Positions 1-8,391 of a stretch of 30,240 nucleotides of DNA are shown piece by piece (positions within the stretch are counted from its first letter, which is position 1; each line of letters starts with the position of its first letter). Made by a program: the position numbers and the translations under genes. The notes under the pieces were generated by a model, which was given only the letters and a program-made list of their open reading frames with translations, was not told where the DNA came from and made no database searches. The stretch lies in the IMG/VR virus record IMGVR_UViG_3300022902_000003. One strand, written 5' to 3'. The stretch comes from a virus.

Positions 1-127
1 TTATACCCTCGACCCGTTAATAGTTAGCCGTATTTTAAACGATGCATTTATGGAGCTCGACGAGTACGACGATGCCGTGGCAATTTCGTGCTACGATGTA
101 CTTGTACAAGTTTGCACCCGTTGGCAT
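1..127. repeat. Terminal direct repeat, copy 1 (identical to 30114..30240)
   Basis: Base-by-base comparison of the first and last 127 nt shows no mismatch. Confidence 0.95.
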
Positions 128-1681
128 GCCACCCTTTTATTATCAAATGGCGTTTGGCATTTTATACAAACCAATGCACTTTGGCCAAGTACTTTTGCGA
201 GCCGTACGTATAGAAAAAACGGATCAAATTTAACAGCATACAGCGCCGACGATTTTAAGCTAACGAGCTTTTATTTTGATCGCACTGGTAGCTTTATGTT
301 TTTACCGGCGTTAAACTCGGCCTCGGTAAAGTATAATTTTAAACAATCGCTAAATTCCGAGAACATGTTACCCCCTGGTACATCGTACTCAACCGCGGTA
401 AGCTTTGGTAATGTGCAAGGTGGTTCGGATGAAACCCTAACTTTTGCCGGCGTGGTACGTTGTACGCTTAACGTGGGCGTTGCCACCCTTAACGATTTAC
501 ACGCATGGGTTTTTGATATGCGTATACAAGTTGGATCTAAGTATTATACAAATACAAACGGTTACCCCGAGTGGAGTAACACCAGCTCCGACCGTTACCG
601 CATTTTATCGCCGTGGTGGCATTTATGGGGGTTTACCGGTACATATACGTATTACTTTGTTATAGGCTTGGAAACGCTCCCAGTACCAGCCTCCGGCGCG
701 GGTACCTTTGAGTTTGATTTTATCGAGATCCAGGACACCACCGGCGCAACAATAACCTTACCAGGTGGCTCAACCACATCGCATATATGCGAAGATTTTG
801 CAATACACCAGCATATTGGCGAAAGTTACGAGGCCGGCGAGGAGGAGCACACCAGTACAAACGAGGATGGTGCGAGCAACCCCGTCGATTCGAGTAGCGT
901 ATTACAATTTCCTGACATGCTTACCGGCGACGGCCCCCACTTTTATAGCGATGGCCGCGTACAAATTTACACCCATGGCGGTGCCTGGGAAAATTCAAAC
1001 GATGAATGGACCGTAAGCGGCGCCGTATCCGGTGGTATAAATATAAATGCCCTACTTTGCGAGGAGGCCATCGCCGCACAAAAGGCACCAACGCGCGTTT
1101 ATAGTGGCACCATGATAGGCAACGGCGTGGTACTGCATGCCATTACCGTGCTTATAATCGATAGTAAAAAATATCAATTACGTTCGGGCCAATACAATGC
1201 AAATACAAATACATGGGGTGGCGACTGGGTACAAATACATGTTGATCGTGCCAATATAACCACGCTAAAAGATACCACATTTAAAAAAGGCGACCCCAAA
1301 ACCCTCGGCATGGGTAACATGGGTGGCTGGCTCCAGGAGCAAATTAACCGCACAACCAAAACCAACCATATTAATGGGTACCGTACTTTATTAGTGGGCA
1401 ACCACACCGTAAGCGATACCGATAGTATTATATATGCCAACCCTGGTATTGGTGGGTTAACAATTACTTTGCCCGTATTTACCGAAACCGAGAACCGCGC
1501 AATTATAATGGTTAACGTAAGCGCCGCCAATTCGTTAACAGTGGGCCGCGATGCGGGTGGCGACAAAATAAATGCGGCCGCATCCGATTTTACCCTGGCC
1601 GCCGATACCTCAATACAAATACATAACACGGGCATGACCGGCATAGGCTGGGCAACCATTTTTAAATCAGCACGCAAATAA
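1..1681 (+). CDS. 3' part of a ~754-aa minor tail / distal tail-host specificity protein gene that starts at 29530 and crosses the circular junction
   Basis: The frame of ORF 50..1681 is open from base 2. It is the same frame as the ATG at 29530 once 30114 is equated with 1. It lies immediately downstream of the tape measure gene. Confidence 0.8.
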   Translation, partial: YTLDPLIVSRILNDAFMELDEYDDAVAISCYDVLVQVCTRWHATLLLSNGVWHFIQTNALWPSTFASRTYRKNGSNLTAYSADDFKLTSFYFDRTGSFMFLPALNSASVKYNFKQSLNSENMLPPGTSYSTAVSFGNVQGGSDETLTFAGVVRCTLNVGVATLNDLHAWVFDMRIQVGSKYYTNTNGYPEWSNTSSDRYRILSPWWHLWGFTGTYTYYFVIGLETLPVPASGAGTFEFDFIEIQDTTGATITLPGGSTTSHICEDFAIHQHIGESYEAGEEEHTSTNEDGASNPVDSSSVLQFPDMLTGDGPHFYSDGRVQIYTHGGAWENSNDEWTVSGAVSGGININALLCEEAIAAQKAPTRVYSGTMIGNGVVLHAITVLIIDSKKYQLRSGQYNANTNTWGGDWVQIHVDRANITTLKDTTFKKGDPKTLGMGNMGGWLQEQINRTTKTNHINGYRTLLVGNHTVSDTDSIIYANPGIGGLTITLPVFTETENRAIIMVNVSAANSLTVGRDAGGDKINAAASDFTLAADTSIQIHNTGMTGIGWATIFKSARK

Positions 1682-1697
1682 ATTAAATATAAATACC

Positions 1698-2099
1698 ATG
1701 AAAAAAATTATCTTAATAACATTCGTAACACTGGCCTCGATAACCATGATGGGGCAAAGTAGTTTAAACTCAAATACCACAACCACATTATTAAGCGCGG
1801 TTGATCTAACAACCTTAAGCGCCGATACAAGTATATTATATGTGGCGCCAAAAGGATCATGGAGCGCCACGTATGTATGGACCAGTGTAACCGGCTCCGA
1901 TACCGCGTTTATTTATTTGAGTAACGACGACAACGCCGCCAATACTTTCGAGTACGATAATTATAGCACTTACCAGGTTACAATTACCGGCTCAACTGGA
2001 AGCGCGGCACTGGCCGGCACTGAACCCGAAACCGGATTTATAATTTTTATGGTGCCAACCATGACCGCCACGCTCACCTTAAAAGTACACGTAAATTAA
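1698..2099 (+). CDS. Small protein of the distal tail module with a signal-peptide-like N-terminus, function unknown
   Basis: 133-aa ORF. The N-terminus is MKKIILITFVTLASITMMGQ and the remainder is S/T-rich and beta-rich. It is tightly packed between the tail gene and the fibre gene. Confidence 0.6.
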   Translation: MKKIILITFVTLASITMMGQSSLNSNTTTTLLSAVDLTTLSADTSILYVAPKGSWSATYVWTSVTGSDTAFIYLSNDDNAANTFEYDNYSTYQVTITGSTGSAALAGTEPETGFIIFMVPTMTATLTLKVHVN

Positions 2100-2112
2100 A
2101 TAACATACAGCT

Positions 2113-4455
2113 ATGAAAACATTAACAATAATAATATTACTGTTATTTACCACGGTTTATACGTTTGGGCAAACCGTAAAGCGCGAGCCGGTAAACGCGT
2201 TTTTATTTAACGGCAAGCAAGATACCGCCTTTGTGCAAACCACGGGTGCGGATAGCATTTACGGCGCCAAAACATTTTTTAGTATAATAACAGCCGCCGG
2301 CGATATGCTAATAAAAACCGCGGCGCCGGTACTCCAGTTTAAAGATACCGACGCCAGCGCCGGCGATATTAACGCAAGTATACAAGCCAGCGCCACCGAT
2401 ACCGGCGATGGTACCGAGGATATTGATGTACAGATAAATCAACAAATCGGCGGCACTTTAGCACGTTGGATCTTTAGCGATGCCGACCAAGGAATTTGGC
2501 TTTATCCATTAGGCGAAACTGCTAATCCCGTTTCGATTACAACGGGCGGAGCGGTTGATATTCCGGGTGATTTGACAGTTACAACAATAGAGAGTATGAA
2601 TATTTTACACCCAACTACTGGAGTAATTTTGGGGGCAAATGCTGGCAATGCGAGTATAACAGGTGCTGGCGATGTGGGAATTGGAGAGTATGCTTTAAAT
2701 TCTTTGGCTGGTGGGCAATATAATACAGCCGTTGGCTATTATAGCGGGATTGGTATTAGTGCAGGTGCTTATAATTCACTTTATGGCAGTTCTTCGGGGG
2801 CGACTATTAATACAGGTAATTATAATGCTTTATATGCCACTCATTCAGGAGATGACATCACGAGTGGTACTTATAATTCAAATTTTGGATATTATAGTAA
2901 TTCAACGGCTAATACAAGTAACACAACTTCAGTTGGTGCATTTGCTGGGAAATACAATGTAGAAAATAGTGTATTTTATGTTGATGCTTTAGACAGAACA
3001 AACACGGCTGGAGATAAAGCAGGCGCTTTAATGTACGGTACATTTAATGCTACACCGTCAAGTCAGACGTTAACAATAAACGGCAACACAACCATAACGG
3101 GAACTGGAGCGGTAACACAACCCCTCACCCTCGGTCTAAGCGGAGGCACAAGCGGACAACTTAGTTTTGTAGCAAGTGACGGGGATGCGGGTAATATTGC
3201 TATTAATACGAGTGACCAACTTATCTTTAGTGGGTTTTCTGGTGATTATAGTTTTACCGATGGTAATGTGTACGTAAGCCCGATAAAAGGATTTTATTTC
3301 GACGGTGGTTCACATACATTTATAAATGAATCCGCTGCCGATGTGTTGAGCGTTACGGTAGGCGGTACAGAAATGGCAACATTTACCGAAGCAGCAACTA
3401 ACTCAATCGCCTTAAACGGTAATACAACAATTACACCCGACGGGGCGAATACGGCTTTGACGGTTGACCAGAATAATGATGCGACTGCTTTAAATGTAGA
3501 TAGCGAAAGCACAAGCACAGCAGCGATGACTGTTTTTGGAAAGTATGCTGCAAATATAACTCAGGATATTGCAGATGGGAGAGGATTATATGTGGCAAGG
3601 AATCTAAATGAGGCGGGCAGTTTGCCTTTAGCCAACTTTATAAACGACCACACCTCCAACACTCAACCAAGTATTTTTGTTCAGCAGGATGGGGCAGGGT
3701 ATGGGGTTAGTATTGACCAGAATGGAAATCAAAGAGGAATAAATATTGATAGTGAATCCACAAGTGAACCATCAATTTATTCTTTTGGTAAATATGCGGC
3801 AAGACTTACTCAAGATTTAAGTAGTGGTTACGGTCTTAGAGTTGATAGGGACATTGCCGAAGTAGGAAGTCGCCCTTTACTAAGTTTCATAAACGACAAC
3901 GCAACCGACACTCAAGCAACCCTATCACTCCAAAACGATGGCAGCGGCACACACATAACAACGGGAGCAACAAACGAAGATTTAGAGATTGACCCGAATG
4001 GAAGCGGTGAAACAGTTGTAACTGGTGGTTTAACAAGCGATAATTCCTTTGGCGAACTATACGACCCAAGCACAGTAATTTCAACAGCGACAGCAAACTA
4101 TTATACTTTGTCAGGTTGGACTGCTGGACAAGTAACTTCGGGAACATTAGACACAGATAGCACTATTTTAGTCGAACAAGCTGGAACGTATCTAATTAAT
4201 TTCTCAATGAGTTTCACGCACGCGACCAACAACACGGTCGTTCATATATCGGCTTTTAATTCAACTACAAATACAGAATTTATAAACATCGAAACTGAAC
4301 GTAAAATTGGAACGGGAGGTGACTTAGGAAATGTAGGCGGAACGGGAATGGTTGTATTGGCAGCGAATAACAAAGTTTGCATAAGAGCCAAAGCGGACAA
4401 CACGGGAAACTTGACAATTAATCACGGTAATTTTAACTTAATAAGGATAAAATAA
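2113..4455 (+). CDS. Tail fibre / receptor-binding protein candidate (mosaic)
   Basis: 780 aa. It has a GAKTF-type motif near the N-terminus and degenerate G/N/S/Y-rich short repeats (GANAGNASITGAGDVGIGEYALNSLAGG...). It also has two 83-aa tandem repeats and a C-terminal beta-rich globular domain that looks C1q/BclA-like by eye. It sits after the tail genes and before the lysis genes. Confidence 0.65.
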   Translation: MKTLTIIILLLFTTVYTFGQTVKREPVNAFLFNGKQDTAFVQTTGADSIYGAKTFFSIITAAGDMLIKTAAPVLQFKDTDASAGDINASIQASATDTGDGTEDIDVQINQQIGGTLARWIFSDADQGIWLYPLGETANPVSITTGGAVDIPGDLTVTTIESMNILHPTTGVILGANAGNASITGAGDVGIGEYALNSLAGGQYNTAVGYYSGIGISAGAYNSLYGSSSGATINTGNYNALYATHSGDDITSGTYNSNFGYYSNSTANTSNTTSVGAFAGKYNVENSVFYVDALDRTNTAGDKAGALMYGTFNATPSSQTLTINGNTTITGTGAVTQPLTLGLSGGTSGQLSFVASDGDAGNIAINTSDQLIFSGFSGDYSFTDGNVYVSPIKGFYFDGGSHTFINESAADVLSVTVGGTEMATFTEAATNSIALNGNTTITPDGANTALTVDQNNDATALNVDSESTSTAAMTVFGKYAANITQDIADGRGLYVARNLNEAGSLPLANFINDHTSNTQPSIFVQQDGAGYGVSIDQNGNQRGINIDSESTSEPSIYSFGKYAARLTQDLSSGYGLRVDRDIAEVGSRPLLSFINDNATDTQATLSLQNDGSGTHITTGATNEDLEIDPNGSGETVVTGGLTSDNSFGELYDPSTVISTATANYYTLSGWTAGQVTSGTLDTDSTILVEQAGTYLINFSMSFTHATNNTVVHISAFNSTTNTEFINIETERKIGTGGDLGNVGGTGMVVLAANNKVCIRAKADNTGNLTINHGNFNLIRIK
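3487..3984 (+). repeat. Two diverged tandem 249-nt (83-aa) repeats inside the fibre gene
   Basis: ALNVDSESTSTAAMTVFGKYAANITQD...FINDHTSNTQ aligns with GINIDSESTSEPSIYSFGKYAARLTQD...FINDNATDTQ at roughly 45 percent aa identity by eye. Confidence 0.7.
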
Positions 4456-4574
4456 TGCCAAAGAAACTAAAAGTAAAAGACGGTAAAGTAATTGAAACCA
4501 ATGAGGTTGAATATACAGCCGAGCAAGTCAATAGTAAAATTGCTTTATTGGAAGGGGATATTAACCACGCATAA
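4455..4574 (+). CDS. Small ORF (39 aa) overlapping the fibre gene stop (TAATG); an in-frame TAA is followed by 22 more open codons
   Basis: MPKKLKVKDGKVIETNEVEYTAEQVNSKIALLEGDINHA-stop-GQIDGYQTELAEWQSLKDLLKG-stop. It is below the ORF-track size cutoff and was read manually. Confidence 0.4.
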   Translation: MPKKLKVKDGKVIETNEVEYTAEQVNSKIALLEGDINHA

Positions 4575-4647
4575 GGTCAAATAGACGGTTACCAAACGGA
4601 ACTAGCTGAATGGCAATCGTTGAAAGATTTGTTAAAAGGATAAAACA

Positions 4648-4923
4648 ATGAGCCAATCCGAAAGTAGATTTTTAAAATGGTTTGGTGGCATAGCGGCCAC
4701 GTTATTAGTGGCCGCCATAATAGGTTTAATTGGTATGTATAGTAATGATAATGTACATGCCGCCGCCATCGAAACTAATAAAATTAATATTTCACGTATA
4801 GAGTCGACTCACGAAGTAGATAAAGCCGAAATGAATAACGAGCACCGCGAGGATATGCAAGAGTTAAAAGATGGTCAAAAAACAATGCAAGCGGATATAA
4901 AAGAACTATTAAAAAAACTATGA
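4648..4923 (+). CDS. Single-pass membrane protein with a coiled-coil C-terminus (i-spanin-like or holin-like)
   Basis: 91 aa. It has an N-terminal TM helix (WFGGIAATLLVAAIIGLIGMY) followed by a charged helical region. Its stop overlaps the next start (ATGA). Confidence 0.6.
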   Translation: MSQSESRFLKWFGGIAATLLVAAIIGLIGMYSNDNVHAAAIETNKINISRIESTHEVDKAEMNNEHREDMQELKDGQKTMQADIKELLKKL

Positions 4924-5456
4924 AATATTTTATAATTATACTATTTTTTTTTACCGCATGCACAACCGACACAGTAATTAATTACAAAGTGCCAGCGGGT
5001 AAACACCGCTCAACTAATTTAATACGTGTATTAAAAAAGGATGTATTAAGGTACCAGTTTACCACCAATGCAAATTGGGTATGGGATAAACCAGTAAAAA
5101 ACGGCTGGAGTAAAGTAACCGGTATCGCCTGGAATAGTAACCACAAAAATAGTGTAAGGGTTGTTTATACCCGCCTATCGGATACGCTCGGGGTACTTGG
5201 TTATTATTACTATATAAATGGTATTTCGCCCCAACAAAACCCCGCGCAAAAGGGAATTTTAGACACCCTTATAATTGGTAAAAGTTATATGGGGCGCCTG
5301 GGTTGGGAAAATGGGTTTTATTTTATTGAGCTCGGCGATAAACACCACTCAATAAAAGTTGATAAACCAAAAGGCGTAAAGCAATTGCAAAATTTATACA
5401 TCGGTGGCACCTATGTAATTGCCCACCCCTGGACCACAACCGTAACAATACGATAA
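4920..5456 (+). CDS. Putative lipoprotein (o-spanin-position, unusually large)
   Basis: 178 aa. The N-terminus MKYFIIILFFFTAC-TTD is a lipobox-like signal. It is translationally coupled to the preceding membrane protein. Confidence 0.6.
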   Translation: MKYFIIILFFFTACTTDTVINYKVPAGKHRSTNLIRVLKKDVLRYQFTTNANWVWDKPVKNGWSKVTGIAWNSNHKNSVRVVYTRLSDTLGVLGYYYYINGISPQQNPAQKGILDTLIIGKSYMGRLGWENGFYFIELGDKHHSIKVDKPKGVKQLQNLYIGGTYVIAHPWTTTVTIR

Positions 5457-5457
5457 T

Positions 5458-5736
5458 ATGAAAAAAGCGGGCGAACTTTTGGCAATGCTTATACGGCGCT
5501 GGACCTCCAAAACCCCAAAAGGGGCAAAGGTAACCAGTACCGTGCTCGGCATAATTGGCGCCGGGGCACTTGTTACCCTGGCAATACCAACCGGGTTACC
5601 GGTATGGGCCACCGTTGGCATTGCATTGGTAGCCGCAACCTCCTCGGCATACGAGAAATTAAAAACAACCGATGAAAAAACCACGGTTTTACAAGACTAT
5701 AATAAAATATATCCGGCTAAAAGTAAGCGTAAATAA
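5458..5736 (+). CDS. Holin candidate (two TM helices, charged C-terminus)
   Basis: 92 aa. The hydrophobic segments are VLGIIGAGALVTLAI and VWATVGIALVAATSSAY, with a basic tail KSKRK. It lies in the lysis cassette. Confidence 0.55.
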   Translation: MKKAGELLAMLIRRWTSKTPKGAKVTSTVLGIIGAGALVTLAIPTGLPVWATVGIALVAATSSAYEKLKTTDEKTTVLQDYNKIYPAKSKRK

Positions 5737-5808
5737 TACACATTTACATTTTACCCAGGGCCGGCACTCAATACGTAACTCAATTATTAATATTTTAAAC
5801 TCAAAGCA

Positions 5809-6162
5809 ATGGGAAAAATTAAAAAAGAAGTAATTAACAACCTGGCCAACTGGATCGATGCAAAAATTGTACTCGGTGGTATATGGGAAATGGCCGATGG
5901 CCCAGCCATAAAAATGGCATTAAACGCCGCTAATAATAACTTTGGCGACAAAATACCCGACGATCTAACCGACGACATTGAAGCGCTTATAAATAGCATA
6001 GTGGCCGAAGATTGGCCCGCGGTTGAAAACCAGGTGGCCACCGTTATGGCCGAGCTAATTAATACGCCACTAATCGATGGTACCGAGGAGGAACTCGAGG
6101 CGTACAAATTAGTTATTACAGCCATAAGCAATATAATACAAGGCTTTTTATCTAAAAAATAA
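5809..6162 (+). CDS. Acidic hypothetical protein directly upstream of the endolysin
   Basis: 117-aa ORF whose stop abuts the next ATG. No motif was recognised. Confidence 0.55.
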   Translation: MGKIKKEVINNLANWIDAKIVLGGIWEMADGPAIKMALNAANNNFGDKIPDDLTDDIEALINSIVAEDWPAVENQVATVMAELINTPLIDGTEEELEAYKLVITAISNIIQGFLSKK

Positions 6163-6549
6163 ATGCGCCTTTCAGTACAGCAACAAATTTTTACCCAGCA
6201 TATTGCGCTTTTTATTTTAAAGGCCAACTCCATGGGTATTAATTTAACTTTTGGCGAGGCCCACCGCACCGAAAGCCAACAACTTTTATATTATTTTGGT
6301 GCGGTTGTGGTTGAAACCCCAACGGGTTTACAATTGGCACCGGATAAAAAACGAACCAAAACCAAAAAAGGTAACCACCCTCGCCGCCTGGCCGTCGATT
6401 TTAATTATTTTATCGATGGTAAACTCACATATAAGCACCCAAAAATTACCGAGCTCGGTGCATACTGGGAGGGGTTAGATACGGCAAACCGATGGGGTGG
6501 CAATTTTACAAATTTTTACGATAGCCCCCACCTGGAGCGTAATGTGTAA
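6163..6549 (+). CDS. Endolysin, peptidase M15 (VanY / L-Ala-D-Glu peptidase-like)
   Basis: 128 aa. Zinc-site-like motifs are EAHRTESQQ, HPRRLAVDF and DSPHLE (H..D..H arrangement typical of M15 peptidases). It is the last gene before a terminator. Confidence 0.75.
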   Translation: MRLSVQQQIFTQHIALFILKANSMGINLTFGEAHRTESQQLLYYFGAVVVETPTGLQLAPDKKRTKTKKGNHPRRLAVDFNYFIDGKLTYKHPKITELGAYWEGLDTANRWGGNFTNFYDSPHLERNV

Positions 6550-6816
6550 GGTGGGTTAAATGCTACTTATTTTCTACCATTATACATATAGTGTTGATAC
6601 TTAGGTGGGTTTTTTGTCCTGCCGGGATCACTTAAAGCCCCAAGTTTTTGGGGCTTTTTTTATGGTTTTGTAGTTGTACGCCCTAATAAATACCACCTTT
6701 TGGGTATATTGTTAATATAACCACCGTGCCCAACTATATAATAATATACATAAAAATACATATATTTTGCTACTTATTTCCTACCTTCGCAAAATTAACT
6801 CAAAAGGTAGAATAAA
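6550..6816. promoter_or_regulatory. attP-like non-coding region with arm-type repeat motifs upstream of the integrase
   Basis: 19-nt direct repeat TGCTACTTATTTYCTACC at 6561..6579 and 6768..6786. GGTAGAA (its partial complement) occurs twice at about 6806..6825. GGTGGGTT occurs at 6550 and 6604, opposed by ACCACC at 6692 and 6720. Confidence 0.45.
6634..6662 (+). terminator. Rho-independent terminator at the end of the lysis/late operon
   Basis: The stem is AAAGCCCCA / TGGGGCTTT with a 6-nt loop, followed by a run of 7 T. Confidence 0.8.
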
Positions 6817-7974
6817 TTGGTAGAAAAAAAAGCGCGATATCGCCTGGTATACGATCGTAAAAAGAAAGCTAAAGCAACTGGTAAGGGGTTAATTGAGATA
6901 TATGTATACCATAACCCGAAACAAAAAAAATATATTAGTACCAAAATATGGGTGCATCCAAGCGAGTGGGATACATCGCGGCAATTAGTGAACTCTAAAA
7001 ATGATAAATATATAGCTTATAACCTCAATTTAAAAACCAGTATTAACGATATTGAAACCTACGAACTTAAGCAATTAAACACCGGTAAGCCTTTTACAAT
7101 GGATAAATTAGGCCAGCATATTGCCGCCAAAGGTAATGAGCTTACGTTTACCGCTTTTTGGCATAATACATTAACAAAGGATATGAGCCTCCAGCCGGCT
7201 AGTAAACGCCCACAACGCCGAGCACTGGAATTATTAAAAGCGCATGCCGGCACGGTTAAATTTAGCGATATTAATTACCAGCTTATTAATACATTTGATA
7301 CTTATTTGCGGGGCGAGGGGTATGCCACTGGCACCATTTGGCGGGTACATAAGGATGTTAAAAAATATATTAACCTGGCTATTAATTACGATTATTTGGA
7401 TGTTTCAAAATACCCGTATCGTAAATTTAAAGTGGTTAAAGATCCGCAAAAACATATATACCTTAATTACACCGAGCTCGCGCAAATTGAGGAGGCCGAT
7501 TTATCGGGCGTGCCAAGCATCGAAATTATACGCGATATGTTTTTATTTCAGTGTTACACCGGGTTAAGGTACTCGGATGTACACCGGTTAAATGCCGCCG
7601 ATTTTGAGCAACGCCCCGAGGGTTTAACACTTATATTAACCAGGATGTATAAAGTAAACCGGCGGCTATTTTTAAGGCTTTGGGATATGTTTGATGGTAA
7701 GCCCCAGCGGCTAATTAAAAAATATATTGAAGTTACCCCACCCCCTAAATATCTTTTTGGCCGATATGTTGGCAATTCTGAATTGAACGGCGCATTACTC
7801 ATAATAAAGGATAAATTAGGGGTCCGTAAAAAAATAACCACACATGTAGGGCGCCACACTTTCGGCACATTGTATGCAAAACAAACGGGCTCGATTTTCG
7901 ACGTAATGAAAGCAATGGGTATTAGTAAATTTGAAACGGCGCAAATTTATATCGATCTTAGCGAGGAGCTATAA
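6817..7974 (+). CDS. int: Tyrosine integrase (Bacteroidota-type, Arm-binding N-terminus)
   Basis: 385 aa with a TTG start. The N-terminus is RYRLVYDRKKKAKATGKGLIEIYVY-type. Catalytic signature residues are GLRYSDV (R), HVGRHTFGT (H-x-x-R) and TAQIYIDL (Y). Confidence 0.9.
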   Translation: MVEKKARYRLVYDRKKKAKATGKGLIEIYVYHNPKQKKYISTKIWVHPSEWDTSRQLVNSKNDKYIAYNLNLKTSINDIETYELKQLNTGKPFTMDKLGQHIAAKGNELTFTAFWHNTLTKDMSLQPASKRPQRRALELLKAHAGTVKFSDINYQLINTFDTYLRGEGYATGTIWRVHKDVKKYINLAINYDYLDVSKYPYRKFKVVKDPQKHIYLNYTELAQIEEADLSGVPSIEIIRDMFLFQCYTGLRYSDVHRLNAADFEQRPEGLTLILTRMYKVNRRLFLRLWDMFDGKPQRLIKKYIEVTPPPKYLFGRYVGNSELNGALLIIKDKLGVRKKITTHVGRHTFGTLYAKQTGSIFDVMKAMGISKFETAQIYIDLSEEL

Positions 7975-8391
7975 TTTTAAATACTGTAAAGTGTACCCGT
8001 ATTTTTTGGCATACTCAATACAAAGCTCGTTAACTTTATTAAATGCTTTGGTGGCCATGTGGCCGGCGCCACGTTTTGCCATTTTTTCAGATCCGGCCAT
8101 AAAAAAAGCATTACCCGAAACCATGAGCTCGTTATCTTTTTGCCATGCCTCCAGGTTACCAGTATAATTATTATACGATTTATAAATTTTAAACTGGGTG
8201 GTGCGTAATATTTCGGGTGGCGCATCCACTGATAATATGCCCTTATTAACTAAAAATGTTTTAAGCTCGGGTAAATCGCCACCAATAACTTTAATGGTAT
8301 TACACTTTTTAAATGGCTGGTTAGCAACCTGGGCACCACAATAGATAAAAGTAAACAGTAATAAATTAAATAATATTACGCGCTTTTGCAT
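7969..8391 (-). CDS. Secreted protein or lipoprotein of the lysogeny block (moron candidate)
   Basis: 140 aa with the signal peptide MQKRVILFNLLLFTFIYCGAQV. It is convergent with int (6-nt overlap) and co-oriented with the repressor. Confidence 0.6.
   Translation of the reverse strand: MQKRVILFNLLLFTFIYCGAQVANQPFKKCNTIKVIGGDLPELKTFLVNKGILSVDAPPEILRTTQFKIYKSYNNYTGNLEAWQKDNELMVSGNAFFMAGSEKMAKRGAGHMATKAFNKVNELCIEYAKKYGYTLQYLKL

Noticed and set aside
1-127. The 127-bp terminal direct repeat read as a biological DTR or LTR.
   Set aside because: The exact length of 127 nt and the gene reading through the junction fit a circular-assembly overlap better. HNH plus P27 TerS also predicts cos ends rather than long direct terminal repeats.
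42-665. Alternative-frame plus-strand ORFs nested in larger genes. They are 42..233, 444..665, 765..1016, 2711..2962, 6251..6478, 7244..7567 and 7931..8167.
   Set aside because: They overlap longer ORFs with recognisable function in another frame. They have atypical composition and no independent support.
1174-1677. Long minus-strand ORFs antisense to well-supported plus-strand genes. They are 1174..1677, 5787..6269, 9242..9784, 20753..21172, 26253..26726, 26690..27160, 27526..28104, 28117..28437, 28453..28998 and 29140..29484.
   Set aside because: They lie entirely inside genes with recognisable products or a tight operon context. Their translations are low-complexity or hydrophobic, typical of shadow frames, and they have no independent start or terminator context.
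3487-3984. The fibre internal repeats read as a diversity-generating retroelement (TR/VR pair).
   Set aside because: No reverse transcriptase gene is present anywhere in the genome. The two copies differ at all base types rather than mainly at adenines, and they are in-frame tandem domains of one protein.
4572-4574. The in-frame TAA read as evidence of genome-wide stop-codon reassignment.
   Set aside because: TAA terminates many clearly complete genes here, for example the fibre, endolysin, capsid and tape-measure genes. All large genes are intact under the standard code, so a local mutation or readthrough is more parsimonious.
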